A stretch of DNA of 64,000 nt from Myxococcota bacterium (lineage in GTDB: Bacteria; Myxococcota_A; UBA796; UBA2385): assembly GCA_044344255.1 (NCBI GenBank), contig JBIJDH010000004.1, positions 256,001 through 320,000 of the forward strand, written 5' to 3'. Position numbers and translations under genes: made by a program. Below are positions 18,344-28,242 of the stretch, piece after piece. Position 1 is the first letter of the stretch. Each line of letters opens with the position of its first letter. The notes under the pieces were generated by a model that was given only the letters and a program-made list of their open reading frames with translations, searched no databases and was not told where the DNA came from.

Positions 18344-19592
18344 TCGAGCCGGTGATCTCTTCGGTGGGCGGGGGCCCGGGATCGGGGAGGGTGATCAGCT
18401 CCCACGATGCACGCGCCTGGCTGATCGCGACGTCCGGATCGAAGCCCAGCGCCGCGATCTCCTGGCGGGCGACGGCGAGGGTGGGATCGGAGAGGTCGGT
18501 GATCTGCGAGGCGTGAGCCGCGATGTGGGCCGCGTGTACGATCGAGGCGACGCTCTTGTGCATCGCTGGGGCGTGGTTGGGGGCGTGGTGGAAGCCGATG
18601 CCAGCCGCCACGCTCTCGTCGAGCTTCCAGGAGTCGGCGACCAGCACGCCGAAGGCGGAGTGGGTGCGCTCGATGACCCGCCGCACCATCTGCGGGCTCG
18701 CGCGCATGGTCGAAGCGCGTCCCCCCGCCGTGCGCAAGATGATGAGGTGCCCCACGTCGTGGAGGAGGCCTGCGAGGTAGAGGGTGCCGCGGCGCTCCCC
18801 GCCCAGGGCCGCAGCGACGTCTGCGGTGATGAGGCCGTGCGCACGCACGTCGTCGGCCATCTCCTGGAAGCCCTCGACCCGGAACACCGTGTCGTTCAAG
18901 CAGACGCTCATGCCGATCTGCCACAGCGTGTCCAAGCCCACCCGCGCGACCGCATGGTGGAGGCTCCGCGGCGCGGTGTTGTACATGGCGCTGCGCGCGC
19001 AGGTCCAGACTCGACGGATCAGGCCCGGATCTCGCTCGACGACCCTCGCGATCTGGGGGAGGTCGACGTCGGGCTGCCGGAGCAGGGCGTCGAGCTCGCG
19101 GGCGATGTCGGGGAAGGGGGGGAGGTCGAGCTGGCGGCGATCGACCCGCTGGATGAGCCGCTCGACCAGGCGGAGGTCGCCCTCTGAGGTGGGGCTGCGC
19201 TCGGCGCGCACCTCGTCGACGAGGCGGTGGAGCTCGGCGAGGAGGGCGGTGTGGACCTGATTGGGGTCCAGCGAGGTGACTCGATCGCCGTTTACCCAGG
19301 ATCGAGGTGATGGCGTCGCAGGAGGGCGCGGCTTCACCGTCATGGGAGGCCCGGCTTGCTCGAGCTCCACCGCGATCGAGATCTCCGCCGTCGGGCTCTC
19401 GAAGGAGACCGGCCGCACGGGAGCGGTCTCCTCATTGGCCAGGGACCTCGCCGCATCGGCCAGCGACACCTCGGCTGCGGGAGCGACCGCCGGGGCGGCC
19501 TCGACCCCCGCCAGCGGCGGTTGCGGCGAAGGTTCTACCTTGCCTTCGACCTTGTTCTCAAGCCTGAGGAGTCGGCGGAGCCATTGCAGCAT
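18330..19592 (-). CDS. HDOD domain protein
   Basis: LPPFPDIA, RDPGL, SLHHAVARVG, AGLLHDVG, IGFHH; start 19592 or 19610. Confidence 0.85.
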   Translation of the reverse strand: MLQWLRRLLRLENKVEGKVEPSPQPPLAGVEAAPAVAPAAEVSLADAARSLANEETAPVRPVSFESPTAEISIAVELEQAGPPMTVKPRPPATPSPRSWVNGDRVTSLDPNQVHTALLAELHRLVDEVRAERSPTSEGDLRLVERLIQRVDRRQLDLPPFPDIARELDALLRQPDVDLPQIARVVERDPGLIRRVWTCARSAMYNTAPRSLHHAVARVGLDTLWQIGMSVCLNDTVFRVEGFQEMADDVRAHGLITADVAAALGGERRGTLYLAGLLHDVGHLIILRTAGGRASTMRASPQMVRRVIERTHSAFGVLVADSWKLDESVAAGIGFHHAPNHAPAMHKSVASIVHAAHIAAHASQITDLSDPTLAVARQEIAALGFDPDVAISQARASWELITLPDPGPPPTEEITGSISRG

Positions 19593-19663
19593 GGGGGTAG
19601 CGTACTCCACTCCGCGCGCCGTGGCGCTCTCGGTCCGGCAGATTCAGCGTGAGCCCCCTCGCC

Positions 19664-21574
19664 TCAGACGTCCAGCACGTCGACGAGGGCCATCCACTCG
19701 GTGATCTCGCGGTATCGGGTCTGCGCGTCCTTGCCCATCAGGTCGCTCACCACCTTGTCCGTCTCGAGCCGGGCCCCCTCCGGGATCGCGACCCGGAGGA
19801 GGCGTCGCTTCGTGGGATCGAGGGTCGTCTCGTACAGGGTCTTGGGCATCATCTCGCCGAGCCCCTTGAAGCGGCTGATCTCCGGCTTGATCCGGGGCGG
19901 AATCCGCTTCAGCAGGCGGTCGCGCTCGACCTCGTCCTTCGCCCACCAAGTCTGTTTACCTGCATCGATTCGGTAGAGGGGGGGCTGTGCGAGGAACACA
20001 TGCCCCTTGTCGATGAGCGGCGTCAGGTAGCGGTAGAAGAAGGTGAGCAGCAAGGTGGCGATGTGGTGGCCGTCGCTGTCGGCGTCCATCAGCAGGATGA
20101 TCTTGTTGTACCGGAGGCGGCTGAGATCAAAGTCCTTGCCCACCCCGCAGCCCACGGCGGAGACGATGTCGTTCAGCTCGCTGTTCTCGAGCACCTTCTT
20201 CAGCGTGGCTTGCTCGGCGTTGAGCACCTTCCCTCGCAGGGGGAGGATGGCCTGGAAGGCGCGGTCTCGACCCTGTTTGGCGGAGCCACCGGCGCTGTCC
20301 CCTTCGACGATGAAGAGCTCACAGAGGCCTGGATCGCCACTTGAACAGTCGGCCAGCTTGCCGGGGAGGTTGAGGCGGCGGCTGACGGGGCTCTTCCGGC
20401 GCACCTGCTCGGTGGCGTCGCGGGAGGCCTGCCGGGCGCGGGCCGAGAGCACGACCCGGCTCAGGATGGCGTCAGCCTGGCTGCGGTGGTCGTGGAGCCA
20501 CTTCTCGAGGGCCACGCGGACCACTCCGTCCACCTGGCCTTTGACCTCGACGTTGTTCAGCTTGTCCTTCGTCTGTCCCTGGAACTGGGGCTCGGCGATG
20601 AAGATCGAGCAGACGGCCACGATGCCCTCGCGGATGTCCTCCGCGGTCAGCTTGATGCCCTTCGGGATCTGCACCTCGTGGGTGTCGACGTAGTTACGCA
20701 GCGCCTTGGCGACGGCGTCCTTCAACCCCTGCTCGTGGGTGCCGCCGTCGCGGGTGGGGATGCCGTTGACGAAGGACAGGAAGCGCTCCCGGGGCGCGTC
20801 CGACCAGGAGAGGGCGAGCTGGATGCGCGGCTCGGCCTCGCGCTCGAGGAGGAAGGGGCGGTCGGTGGTCATGGTGACCCCCGACTGCTGCACGGCGTGC
20901 TGGAGGAACTCCGAGACCCCGCCGGGATGGCAGTACTCCTCCCGCTTGCCGGTGGTGTCATCCGCGAAGCTGACCTTCAGCCCCTTGTTGAGGAAGGAGC
21001 AGGTCTCGAGGTGCTCGCTGATCACCTCGGCGTCGAAGACGAACTCTCCGAAGATCTCGTCGTCGGGCGTAAAGCTGATCGCGGTGCCGGTCGCCCGGGT
21101 GGCGCGGCCCTTGCGCATCGGCCCCGTGGGCTTTCCCCGTCGAAATTCCTGGGCCCACTCAAAGCCGTCTCGGCGAACCGTGGCGCCGAGGTGGACGGAG
21201 AGGGCGTTGACCACGCTGGAGCCGACGCCGTGGAGGCCGCCGGAGGTGGAGTACCCGCCCTCTCCGAACTTGCCGCCGGAGTGCAGCGTGGTGAGGATCA
21301 CCTCCAGCGCTGGCTTGCCGACCTTGGGGTGCACGTCGACCGGGATGCCGCGGCCGTTGTCGGTGACCACCACCGTGCGCCCGTCGGCCTTGATGCGGAC
21401 CTCGATCTGGCTCGCGTGACCGTTCATGGCCTCGTCGACCGCATTATCTACGATCTCGCGGACGAGGTGGTGCAGCCCCTCCTTCCCGGTGCCGCCGATG
21501 TACATGCCGGGGCGCTTGCGGACCGGCTCCAGGCCCTCGAGGACGGAGATCGAGGAGGCGTCATAGGTGCTCAT
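19664..21574 (-). CDS. parE: Type IIA topoisomerase subunit B (ParE/GyrB-like)
   Basis: VRKRPGMYIG, EIVDNAVDE, GGLHGVG, VEGDSAGGS, PLRGK, DADSDG, RFKGLGEM; 636 aa without the long GyrB insert. parE versus gyrB is inferred. Confidence 0.85.
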   Translation of the reverse strand: MSTYDASSISVLEGLEPVRKRPGMYIGGTGKEGLHHLVREIVDNAVDEAMNGHASQIEVRIKADGRTVVVTDNGRGIPVDVHPKVGKPALEVILTTLHSGGKFGEGGYSTSGGLHGVGSSVVNALSVHLGATVRRDGFEWAQEFRRGKPTGPMRKGRATRATGTAISFTPDDEIFGEFVFDAEVISEHLETCSFLNKGLKVSFADDTTGKREEYCHPGGVSEFLQHAVQQSGVTMTTDRPFLLEREAEPRIQLALSWSDAPRERFLSFVNGIPTRDGGTHEQGLKDAVAKALRNYVDTHEVQIPKGIKLTAEDIREGIVAVCSIFIAEPQFQGQTKDKLNNVEVKGQVDGVVRVALEKWLHDHRSQADAILSRVVLSARARQASRDATEQVRRKSPVSRRLNLPGKLADCSSGDPGLCELFIVEGDSAGGSAKQGRDRAFQAILPLRGKVLNAEQATLKKVLENSELNDIVSAVGCGVGKDFDLSRLRYNKIILLMDADSDGHHIATLLLTFFYRYLTPLIDKGHVFLAQPPLYRIDAGKQTWWAKDEVERDRLLKRIPPRIKPEISRFKGLGEMMPKTLYETTLDPTKRRLLRVAIPEGARLETDKVVSDLMGKDAQTRYREITEWMALVDVLDV

Positions 21575-21577
21575 GGC

Positions 21578-23989
21578 TCACTCCTCGCCGCGGCCGACGG
21601 GGCTCGGCCGGTCGTCGTCGCGGGGCTCATCGGGGGGGCGCAGCAGGTCGAGGCGGCAGAGGTTGGGCCTCCACGGCTGGAGCTTTCCGCTGCGGATGAC
21701 CCCCTTGCCCCGGGCGGCGCGGGCGCCCTGGAAGCGGCTCGGGCTGATGATCTCGAGCTTGCCCACGCCGGTCGTGACCGTGGGGCCGACGGCCTTGTCG
21801 CGGCTGAGCTCGAAGGCGAGCAGCGTGTCTCCCTCGTCGAGCTTGATCGCCGTGACCCCCTTGCCGGCGGCCTTGACCACGCTCACCTCGGTCACCGAGA
21901 AGCAGAGCGCCCGGCCCTCGGTGCTGGCGACGCAGACCGTCTCGGTGCCATCGGAGATGAGCACGGAGATCACGCCGTCGTCGGCCTCGTCGGTCTTGAC
22001 GTACCGGCGGCCGTTCTTGTTGGACACCTCGGCGTGCGTGGAGAGCGGGAAGCGGAGGCAGCGGCCCTGTCGGGTGACCGCGACGCCGTGCGGCGGCGGG
22101 GCCTCGATGTTGCCGGCCTCGTCGGGGACGCCGTCCAGCAGGGCCTCGGGCACCTCGGGGAGGGAGGCGCGGTCGTGGATGGCCACGCCCACCACCCGCT
22201 CGCCGTCGGCGAAGGAGAAGTGGCGCTGGACGGGCTCCCCGTGGCCGGCCGTGCTCACGAGATCGTCGATGCGCAGCACATAGGCGCCGCCGCGGTCGGT
22301 GAAGAAGGTGACGGTGGCGCGGGTGCTGCCCTTGCCGATCCAGCCCACGGCGTCGCCCTCGCGGACGCGGATGCGCTCGACGCCGTTGAAGCTGCCCTGG
22401 CGCTTCACCCAGCCGTCGCGGGTGACGACGACGTAGGCGTCTTCGGCGAGGATGTAGGCGTTCTCGTCGTAGGAGGGGTCGTCACCCTCGAGGCCGATGT
22501 CGGTGCGGCGCGGCTCGGCGTAGGCCTTACGGAGCTCCTGCAGCTCCTTGCGCACCTCCGCCTGGAGCAGGCGCTCGCTGGAGAGCAGCCCTTCGATGTG
22601 GAGGGCCGCCGCCCGCTTCTCTCCGAGCTCCTCTTGAATCGCCAGGATCTCGAGCTTGGCCAGCTTGTAGAGGCGGAGCTCGAGGATGGCTTCGGTCTGC
22701 AGATCGTCGAGGTTGAAGCGGTCCATCAGGCGCTCAGCGGCGTCGCGTTTGCCCTCTGATGCGCGGATGATTCGGATGACCTCGTCGAGCACGTCGAAGA
22801 CGCGGGCGAAGCCGTCGAGGATGTGGATGCGGGCGCGGAGCTGCTCGAGCTCGTAGATGAAGCGGCGGCGCACCGTCGTGATGCGGAAGTCGAGCCAGTA
22901 CCGGAGCATCTCTCGGAGCGAGCAGCGCATCGGCACCGCGGGCAGCTCGGAGTCCTCGGCGGGGACGAGGCAGGTCAGGTTGACCGGGAAGCTGGTCTGG
23001 AGGGCGGTGTGCTTGAAGAGGAAGGCCATCGCCGCCTGCTCGTCGCCCTCCTGGCGGAGCTCCAGCACCACCCGCACGACGTCGGTGGACTCATCGCGCA
23101 CGTCTTGGAGCTGGGGGATCTTCCGTTCAGAGATGAGCAGACCGATCTTCTCGACCAGCACCGCCTTGTTGGTGGCGTAGGGCACCTCGGTCACGACGAT
23201 GAAGTGCTTACGGCCCACCTTCTCGGTGGTCCAGCGGGCCCGGGTGCGGACGCTGCCCTGGCCCGTCTCGTAGATGTCGGCCAGCTCTTCGCGACTGTTC
23301 AGGATAATCCCGCCGGTGGGGAAGTCAGGGCCCTTCACCTTCTTGCACAGCGCGGCGCCGGTCACGTCGGGATCGTCGATCAGCAGTGTGACGGCGTCGA
23401 TGATCTCGCGCAGGTTGTGCGGCGGGATCCGGGTGGCCATTCCCACCGCGATGCCCTCCGCCCCGTTGACGAGGAGCTGGGGGAGCTGGGCAGGGAGCAC
23501 CACGGGCTCAGCGTGCTGGCCGTCGTAATTGGGCCGGAAGTCGACCGTCTGCTGCTTGATCTCGGAGAGGAGATCGACCGCGAGTGGGCGGAGCTTGCAC
23601 TCGGTATACCGCATGGCCGCGGCGTTATCACCGTCCATCGAGCCGAAGTTGCCCTGGCCGTCGATGAGCATGTGGCGGAGGGAGAAGGGCTGCGCCATGC
23701 GCACGAGCGCGTCGTAGATGCTGGTGTCGCCGTGGGGGTGGTACTTCGCCATCACCTCGCCGACCACCGCCGCGCTCTTTCGGTAGCGGGCGTCCGGCGT
23801 CAGGTGGAGGTTATTGTACATGGCGTACAGAATGCGCCGCTGCACCGGCTTCAGGCCGTCTCGCACGTCGGGGAGGGCGCGCGCGGTGATGACCGAGAGG
23901 GCGTAGTTCAGGTAGCGGTGGCGCGTGACCTCGTGGAGGCTTGCGTCGTCGATACCGGAGTGCGGAGGGGTCGATGTGGGCTTTGGCAT
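21578..23989 (-). CDS. parC: Type IIA topoisomerase subunit A (ParC/GyrA-like)
   Basis: [37 protein letters not shown]; no GyrA-box (QRRGGKG) seen in the CTD. Confidence 0.85.
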   Translation of the reverse strand: MPKPTSTPPHSGIDDASLHEVTRHRYLNYALSVITARALPDVRDGLKPVQRRILYAMYNNLHLTPDARYRKSAAVVGEVMAKYHPHGDTSIYDALVRMAQPFSLRHMLIDGQGNFGSMDGDNAAAMRYTECKLRPLAVDLLSEIKQQTVDFRPNYDGQHAEPVVLPAQLPQLLVNGAEGIAVGMATRIPPHNLREIIDAVTLLIDDPDVTGAALCKKVKGPDFPTGGIILNSREELADIYETGQGSVRTRARWTTEKVGRKHFIVVTEVPYATNKAVLVEKIGLLISERKIPQLQDVRDESTDVVRVVLELRQEGDEQAAMAFLFKHTALQTSFPVNLTCLVPAEDSELPAVPMRCSLREMLRYWLDFRITTVRRRFIYELEQLRARIHILDGFARVFDVLDEVIRIIRASEGKRDAAERLMDRFNLDDLQTEAILELRLYKLAKLEILAIQEELGEKRAAALHIEGLLSSERLLQAEVRKELQELRKAYAEPRRTDIGLEGDDPSYDENAYILAEDAYVVVTRDGWVKRQGSFNGVERIRVREGDAVGWIGKGSTRATVTFFTDRGGAYVLRIDDLVSTAGHGEPVQRHFSFADGERVVGVAIHDRASLPEVPEALLDGVPDEAGNIEAPPPHGVAVTRQGRCLRFPLSTHAEVSNKNGRRYVKTDEADDGVISVLISDGTETVCVASTEGRALCFSVTEVSVVKAAGKGVTAIKLDEGDTLLAFELSRDKAVGPTVTTGVGKLEIISPSRFQGARAARGKGVIRSGKLQPWRPNLCRLDLLRPPDEPRDDDRPSPVGRGEE

Positions 23990-24073
23990 GGCGGCCGCAG
24001 TATGACCCGCCGCCCGCTGGGAGGCACGGTCAATAGCTGTCCGCGGATCAACAGCCGGGGCGCCGGCCGCGGC

Positions 24074-25102
24074 TCAGCCGGGGAGGCGACCGGTGGCGCG
24101 CAGCAGCTCGGCGTTGGCGATCGCCGCTCCGGCCGCGCCGCGGATGGTGTTGTGGCCGAGGGCGTAGAACTTCACGCCCAGGACGGGGCAGCGCTCGACC
24201 CGCCCCACCGTGACCCCCATCCCGCCGTGGGCCATGGCGTCAAAGCGGGGCGAGGGGCGGTCTCTCCGGTGGGTCAACAGCAGCGGCGGGCGCGGGCAGC
24301 TCGGCAGCGGCGGCGCCTCCCCCTGCCAGGTGACCATCGCCTCGACCACGGCCTCGACGGAGGGATCGCCCGAGAGCCGAACGTGTACGCCGACGAGGTG
24401 GCCATCCGCCACCGGGACGCGCACGCAGCGGGCAGAGAGCGGGAAGGTGGCGGGGGAGGTGGGGGTGCCGAGCATCTTCTGAGGCTCAATCGCCAGCTTC
24501 TCTTCTTCGTTTCCCGCGTGAGGGTGTACGTTTCCCACCATGTCCCAGGCGCTCTCGCCGGGGTATCCGGCGCCCGAGACCGCCTGCCAGGTCGAGACCG
24601 TGAGGGCCTCCACCCCCCAGCGCCGGTGCAGGGGCGCAAGGGCCATCACGAGGGGGATCGCGCAACAGTTGGCGTTGGCGACGATGAAGCCCGGCCCCTG
24701 CCGATCGATGAGGCAGAGGTGATCGGGGTTGACCTCGGGGATGATGAGGGGGACGTCGGGATCGGCGCGGAAGGCGCTGGCGTTGGTGACCACGGCGAAG
24801 CCGGCCGCCCGGAAGGCGGCCTCGATGGGCCCGGCCACCTGGGCGTCGAGGGCCGAGATCACGAGCCTCAGCCCGGGGGGCATCGCCGAGGGCTCGCAGG
24901 GCAGCACGGGCAAGGCGCCGATCTGGGCCGGCACGTCACCTTCGAGGCGCCAGGCCGTCGCCAGGGCGTAGGGCTGGCCCACCGAGCGGGAGGAGGCGGC
25001 GACGGCCTCGACGCGGAACCAGGGGTGGGCCTGGAGGCGCTCGATCAGGCGCTGACCGACCATGCCGGTGGCGCCGAGGATGGCGACAGGGGTGAAGCTC
25101 AT
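24074..25102 (-). CDS. asd: Aspartate-semialdehyde dehydrogenase
   Basis: GATGMVGQ, IPEVNPDH, NANCC, QAVSGAG, RVPVADGH, HNTIRGAAG. Confidence 0.92.
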   Translation of the reverse strand: MSFTPVAILGATGMVGQRLIERLQAHPWFRVEAVAASSRSVGQPYALATAWRLEGDVPAQIGALPVLPCEPSAMPPGLRLVISALDAQVAGPIEAAFRAAGFAVVTNASAFRADPDVPLIIPEVNPDHLCLIDRQGPGFIVANANCCAIPLVMALAPLHRRWGVEALTVSTWQAVSGAGYPGESAWDMVGNVHPHAGNEEEKLAIEPQKMLGTPTSPATFPLSARCVRVPVADGHLVGVHVRLSGDPSVEAVVEAMVTWQGEAPPLPSCPRPPLLLTHRRDRPSPRFDAMAHGGMGVTVGRVERCPVLGVKFYALGHNTIRGAAGAAIANAELLRATGRLPG

Positions 25103-25218
25103 GGCCGGCTCCGTTCGCGCCCGATGCGGGTGGGTGGGGCGGCCATGCTACCCCGGTAGGACGGCCCAGGGCAGCCGCGATAGGCGCCCCCGCCGGAGCT
25201 TGAACACGGAGACAGGAC

Positions 25219-27156
25219 ATGCTCGACGCTGATCTCGACCTCCTCCCCGCGGTGCTGCGCGCCTATGGGCCGAGCCGATGCTCCCTGGAGCGCCTCGGCC
25301 GGGAGCCCGCGCTGGCGGACGGCCCCGGTCGCGGCCTCGAGGGCGCGGTGGAGCGGCATGGTGTGGGCCCGCTCGTGGCGGCCCTGGTCCCCGGCGATCG
25401 CCTCGTCCTCGCCGACGAGGGGATTGAGCTCGAGCTCGTCCGCGAGGCGGACGGCGCGCTGCTCCGCGCGCGGTGGTTCGACGGCCCGGCCTACGAGGAG
25501 CGGCTGCCCGCCGGCGTCTCCAGCCTGGAGCGGCTGTTGGGCCTCCCCGTCGCCGAGCCCGCACCGGCCGGCGCCGTCGCGCGCCCCGTGGTGTCGCACC
25601 CTCCCCCGCTCGCGCCGCGGGCGTCCCCCACGAGCCTCCCCCTCGAGGGCGCCGCGCTGGTCGAGGCCCTCCATGATCCCGCCCGCCCGCTGTGGGCGCT
25701 GGGCGGCAGGGTCTACCCCTCTCCGGTAGACGGCGGCAGCCCCATCCCCGTCGTGACGGCGGGCGCCCTCGGCTCTCGCGACTTCTGCGCCGCGCACGGC
25801 CTCCGCGCCCCCTACATCGCCGGCGCGATGGCGGGGGGCATCGCCTCGGTGGAGCTCGTCGTGGCGATGGGCAAGGCCGGCCTCGTCGGCTTCTTCGGCG
25901 CGGGTGGGCTAGACCTCCCCGCGGTCGCCGCCGCGGTGGACCGCATCCAGGCCGCCCTCGGCCCCACGGCCCCCGCCGGCTTCAACCTGCTCCACAACCC
26001 GGCCGAGCCCTCCGTCGAGGAGGCGACCGTCGATCTGTACCTGTCGCGCCGCTGCCGAATGGTCTCGGCCAGCGCCTACATGGGCCTCACCCCCGCGGTC
26101 GTGCGCTACCGCCTGAGCGGGCTCCACCGCGGGCCGAGCGGCGAGCTCGTCGTCCCCAACAAGGTCTTCGCCAAGGTGAGCCGGCTCGAGGTGGCGGAGC
26201 GCTTCATGCGGCCGGCCCCGAAGGCGATGATCGCCGAGCTCCTCGCTGCCGGGCGCATCAGCACCGCCGAGGCCGAGCTCGCCCCGCTCGTGCCCCTCGC
26301 CGAGGACATCACCGCCGAGGCCGACTCCGGCGGTCACACCGACCACCGGCCCCTCGTCGTGCTGCTGCCCGCCTTCCTCCGCCTGCGGGACCGGGTCTCC
26401 GCCGAGGAGGGTTACGCCGCGCGCGGCCTCTCGCTCCGGGTGGGCGGCGCCGGCGGCCTGGGTGACCCTGCCTCTGTTCACGCCGCCTTCGCGATGGGCG
26501 CCGACTACGTGCTGACCGGCTCGGTGAACCAGGCCTGCGTCGAGGCGGGGACGAGCGCGGTCGCCAAGGCGATGGTCGCCGCCTCTGGCATCGCCGACTG
26601 CACCACCGGCCCGGCCCCCGACATGTTCGAGATCGGGGCCCACGTGCAGGTCCTCGGGGCCGGCACGATGTACGCCCAGCGCGCGCAGCGGCTCTACGAC
26701 CTCTATCGGCGCCACCGCTCCCTCGAGGAGATCTCCGAAGAGGACCGGAAGAAGGTGGAGTCCACCATCCTCCGCCGCAGCTTCGACGAGGTCTGGGCCG
26801 ACACCCGCGCCTACTGGGCCGCCCGCGACGCCCGCGAGGTGGAGCGCGCCGAGGCCGATCCCCACCACCGCATGGCCCTCGTCTTCCGCTGGTACCTCGG
26901 CATGACCAGCCGCTGGGCCCGCATCGGCGACGCCGAGCGGAAGCGCGACTTCCAGATCTGGTGCGGCCCGGCCGCCGGTCTGTTCAACGACTGGGTGAAG
27001 GGCAGCGCGCTCGAGCCCGTGGAGGGCCGCACGGTGGTCGGCGTGGCCGACGCCCTGCTCACCGGTGCCGCCGCCCTCCGCCGCGTGGAGGTGGCGCGCG
27101 CCCTCGGCGTGGCCCTGCCGCCGGGCGCGTCCTCACCGAGGCCTCGCCTCGGCTGA
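25219..27156 (+). CDS. pfaD: PfaD-family PUFA/polyketide enoyl reductase with N-terminal extension
   Basis: YIAGAMAGGIAS, SASAY, AKVSR, EADSGGHTD, TGSVNQ, APDMFE.G, FRWY, FQIWCGPA.G.FN.W. Confidence 0.9.
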   Translation: MLDADLDLLPAVLRAYGPSRCSLERLGREPALADGPGRGLEGAVERHGVGPLVAALVPGDRLVLADEGIELELVREADGALLRARWFDGPAYEERLPAGVSSLERLLGLPVAEPAPAGAVARPVVSHPPPLAPRASPTSLPLEGAALVEALHDPARPLWALGGRVYPSPVDGGSPIPVVTAGALGSRDFCAAHGLRAPYIAGAMAGGIASVELVVAMGKAGLVGFFGAGGLDLPAVAAAVDRIQAALGPTAPAGFNLLHNPAEPSVEEATVDLYLSRRCRMVSASAYMGLTPAVVRYRLSGLHRGPSGELVVPNKVFAKVSRLEVAERFMRPAPKAMIAELLAAGRISTAEAELAPLVPLAEDITAEADSGGHTDHRPLVVLLPAFLRLRDRVSAEEGYAARGLSLRVGGAGGLGDPASVHAAFAMGADYVLTGSVNQACVEAGTSAVAKAMVAASGIADCTTGPAPDMFEIGAHVQVLGAGTMYAQRAQRLYDLYRRHRSLEEISEEDRKKVESTILRRSFDEVWADTRAYWAARDAREVERAEADPHHRMALVFRWYLGMTSRWARIGDAERKRDFQIWCGPAAGLFNDWVKGSALEPVEGRTVVGVADALLTGAAALRRVEVARALGVALPPGASSPRPRLG

Positions 27157-27372
27157 GCCTTGCGTCTTCGCTCTTGCCCGGAGCCGCCCCGGAGCCCGTG
27201 CTCGGGGTCCGCCGGGCAGTGCTCAACTTTCCAATCCGATCCGACATAACGGCGCATTGTGGCGCGGGAGTCCGGTGTTGGCGACACGTCGTGCCGAAAG
27301 TATGAACGCTTGGTCAGCCCTCGTCTCCTCGCTCGTCGAGTGGAGCGCGTTATACTGCCGACGGAGTTACCC

Positions 27373-28239
27373 ATGCCCTCCTTCGTTCCAGATTCCTCTC
27401 TCAAGCACACCTTCACTGGGATCGTCCCAGACAAAAGTGAGTACGAAAATGAGGATTTCTCAGGGAGTGCTTTCGTTGACGTTGGCGCCAAGAAGTGCGT
27501 TTTCAAGTCGTGCAAGTTCAAGTTCTGCACGTTCGAGAGGTCGTACTTCCGTGGTGCGCTTTTCGAAGACTGTGATTTCCAGGGAGCTCGATTTCGAGAT
27601 AGTAACTTCCGAGATGCAATATTCAAGGGTAATTGCGTGTTCTATTATGCTACGTTTGTGGGAACTTTGATCGAATCAGAGCAAATGCTCACGAAGTTGC
27701 CACCGTATCCCAACCTCAAGTTGGAGTTCGCGAGGAGTCTCCGTGCGAACTTCGCGGGACTTGGGATGCATGTTGATGCACAAAGTTTTTTTGACGTGGA
27801 ATTAGCCTCCGAATACGAGCACTTCTCAAAGATTGTCGGCTCGGGCGAGACATACTACACTACCCGTTATCCGACCGTTCGTGAGCGCTTTCCCTACTGG
27901 GTGAAACTCGGTTTGCATCGCCTTGAGGCGTTCGTTTGGGGCCACGGCGCGAGTCCACTACTTCTCGCGCGTGCGACTTTGTTCGGACTCGCAGTTCTGT
28001 CCCTCGTTTTCATGTTTCTGGCGCCGGGCTACGGTGGAAGGGAATTCTCCTCGGACCCGTTCGGCGCGGTAGGTGACAGCGTCTACTACACCTTGCTCAC
28101 GTTCTTCAGTGCTGATGACCAGGGTTTTCGACCGGTCTCGGCGGTGACGAAGGGGTTCACGGTGCTCACGCTGCTTTATGGCTACTTGACGCTGGGGTTG
28201 TTCGTGACCGCTATGTATCGGCGTCTGGCTAGGATTTAG
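27373..28239 (+). CDS. Pentapeptide-repeat protein with C-terminal ion-channel-like TM domain (HalA-like effector)
   Basis: Tandem xFxxx pentapeptides (DFSGS AFVDV ... DFQGA RFRDS NFRDA), WGHGASP, TM-pore helix (DSVYYTLLTF)-P-TM; ATG 27373 follows GGAG. Confidence 0.8.
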   Translation: MPSFVPDSSLKHTFTGIVPDKSEYENEDFSGSAFVDVGAKKCVFKSCKFKFCTFERSYFRGALFEDCDFQGARFRDSNFRDAIFKGNCVFYYATFVGTLIESEQMLTKLPPYPNLKLEFARSLRANFAGLGMHVDAQSFFDVELASEYEHFSKIVGSGETYYTTRYPTVRERFPYWVKLGLHRLEAFVWGHGASPLLLARATLFGLAVLSLVFMFLAPGYGGREFSSDPFGAVGDSVYYTLLTFFSADDQGFRPVSAVTKGFTVLTLLYGYLTLGLFVTAMYRRLARI

Positions 28240-28242
28240 CCC

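Noticed and set aside
27175..27218. GC-rich stem-loop after pfaD as an intrinsic terminator or att site
   Set aside because: No U-tract directly follows and no matching repeat was found at the other island end.
27373..28239. Qnr/MfpA-like topoisomerase-protecting pentapeptide protein, given the nearby topoisomerase genes
   Set aside because: It is fused to a membrane channel domain and coupled to an NTase within a foreign island; proximity to parC/parE looks incidental.
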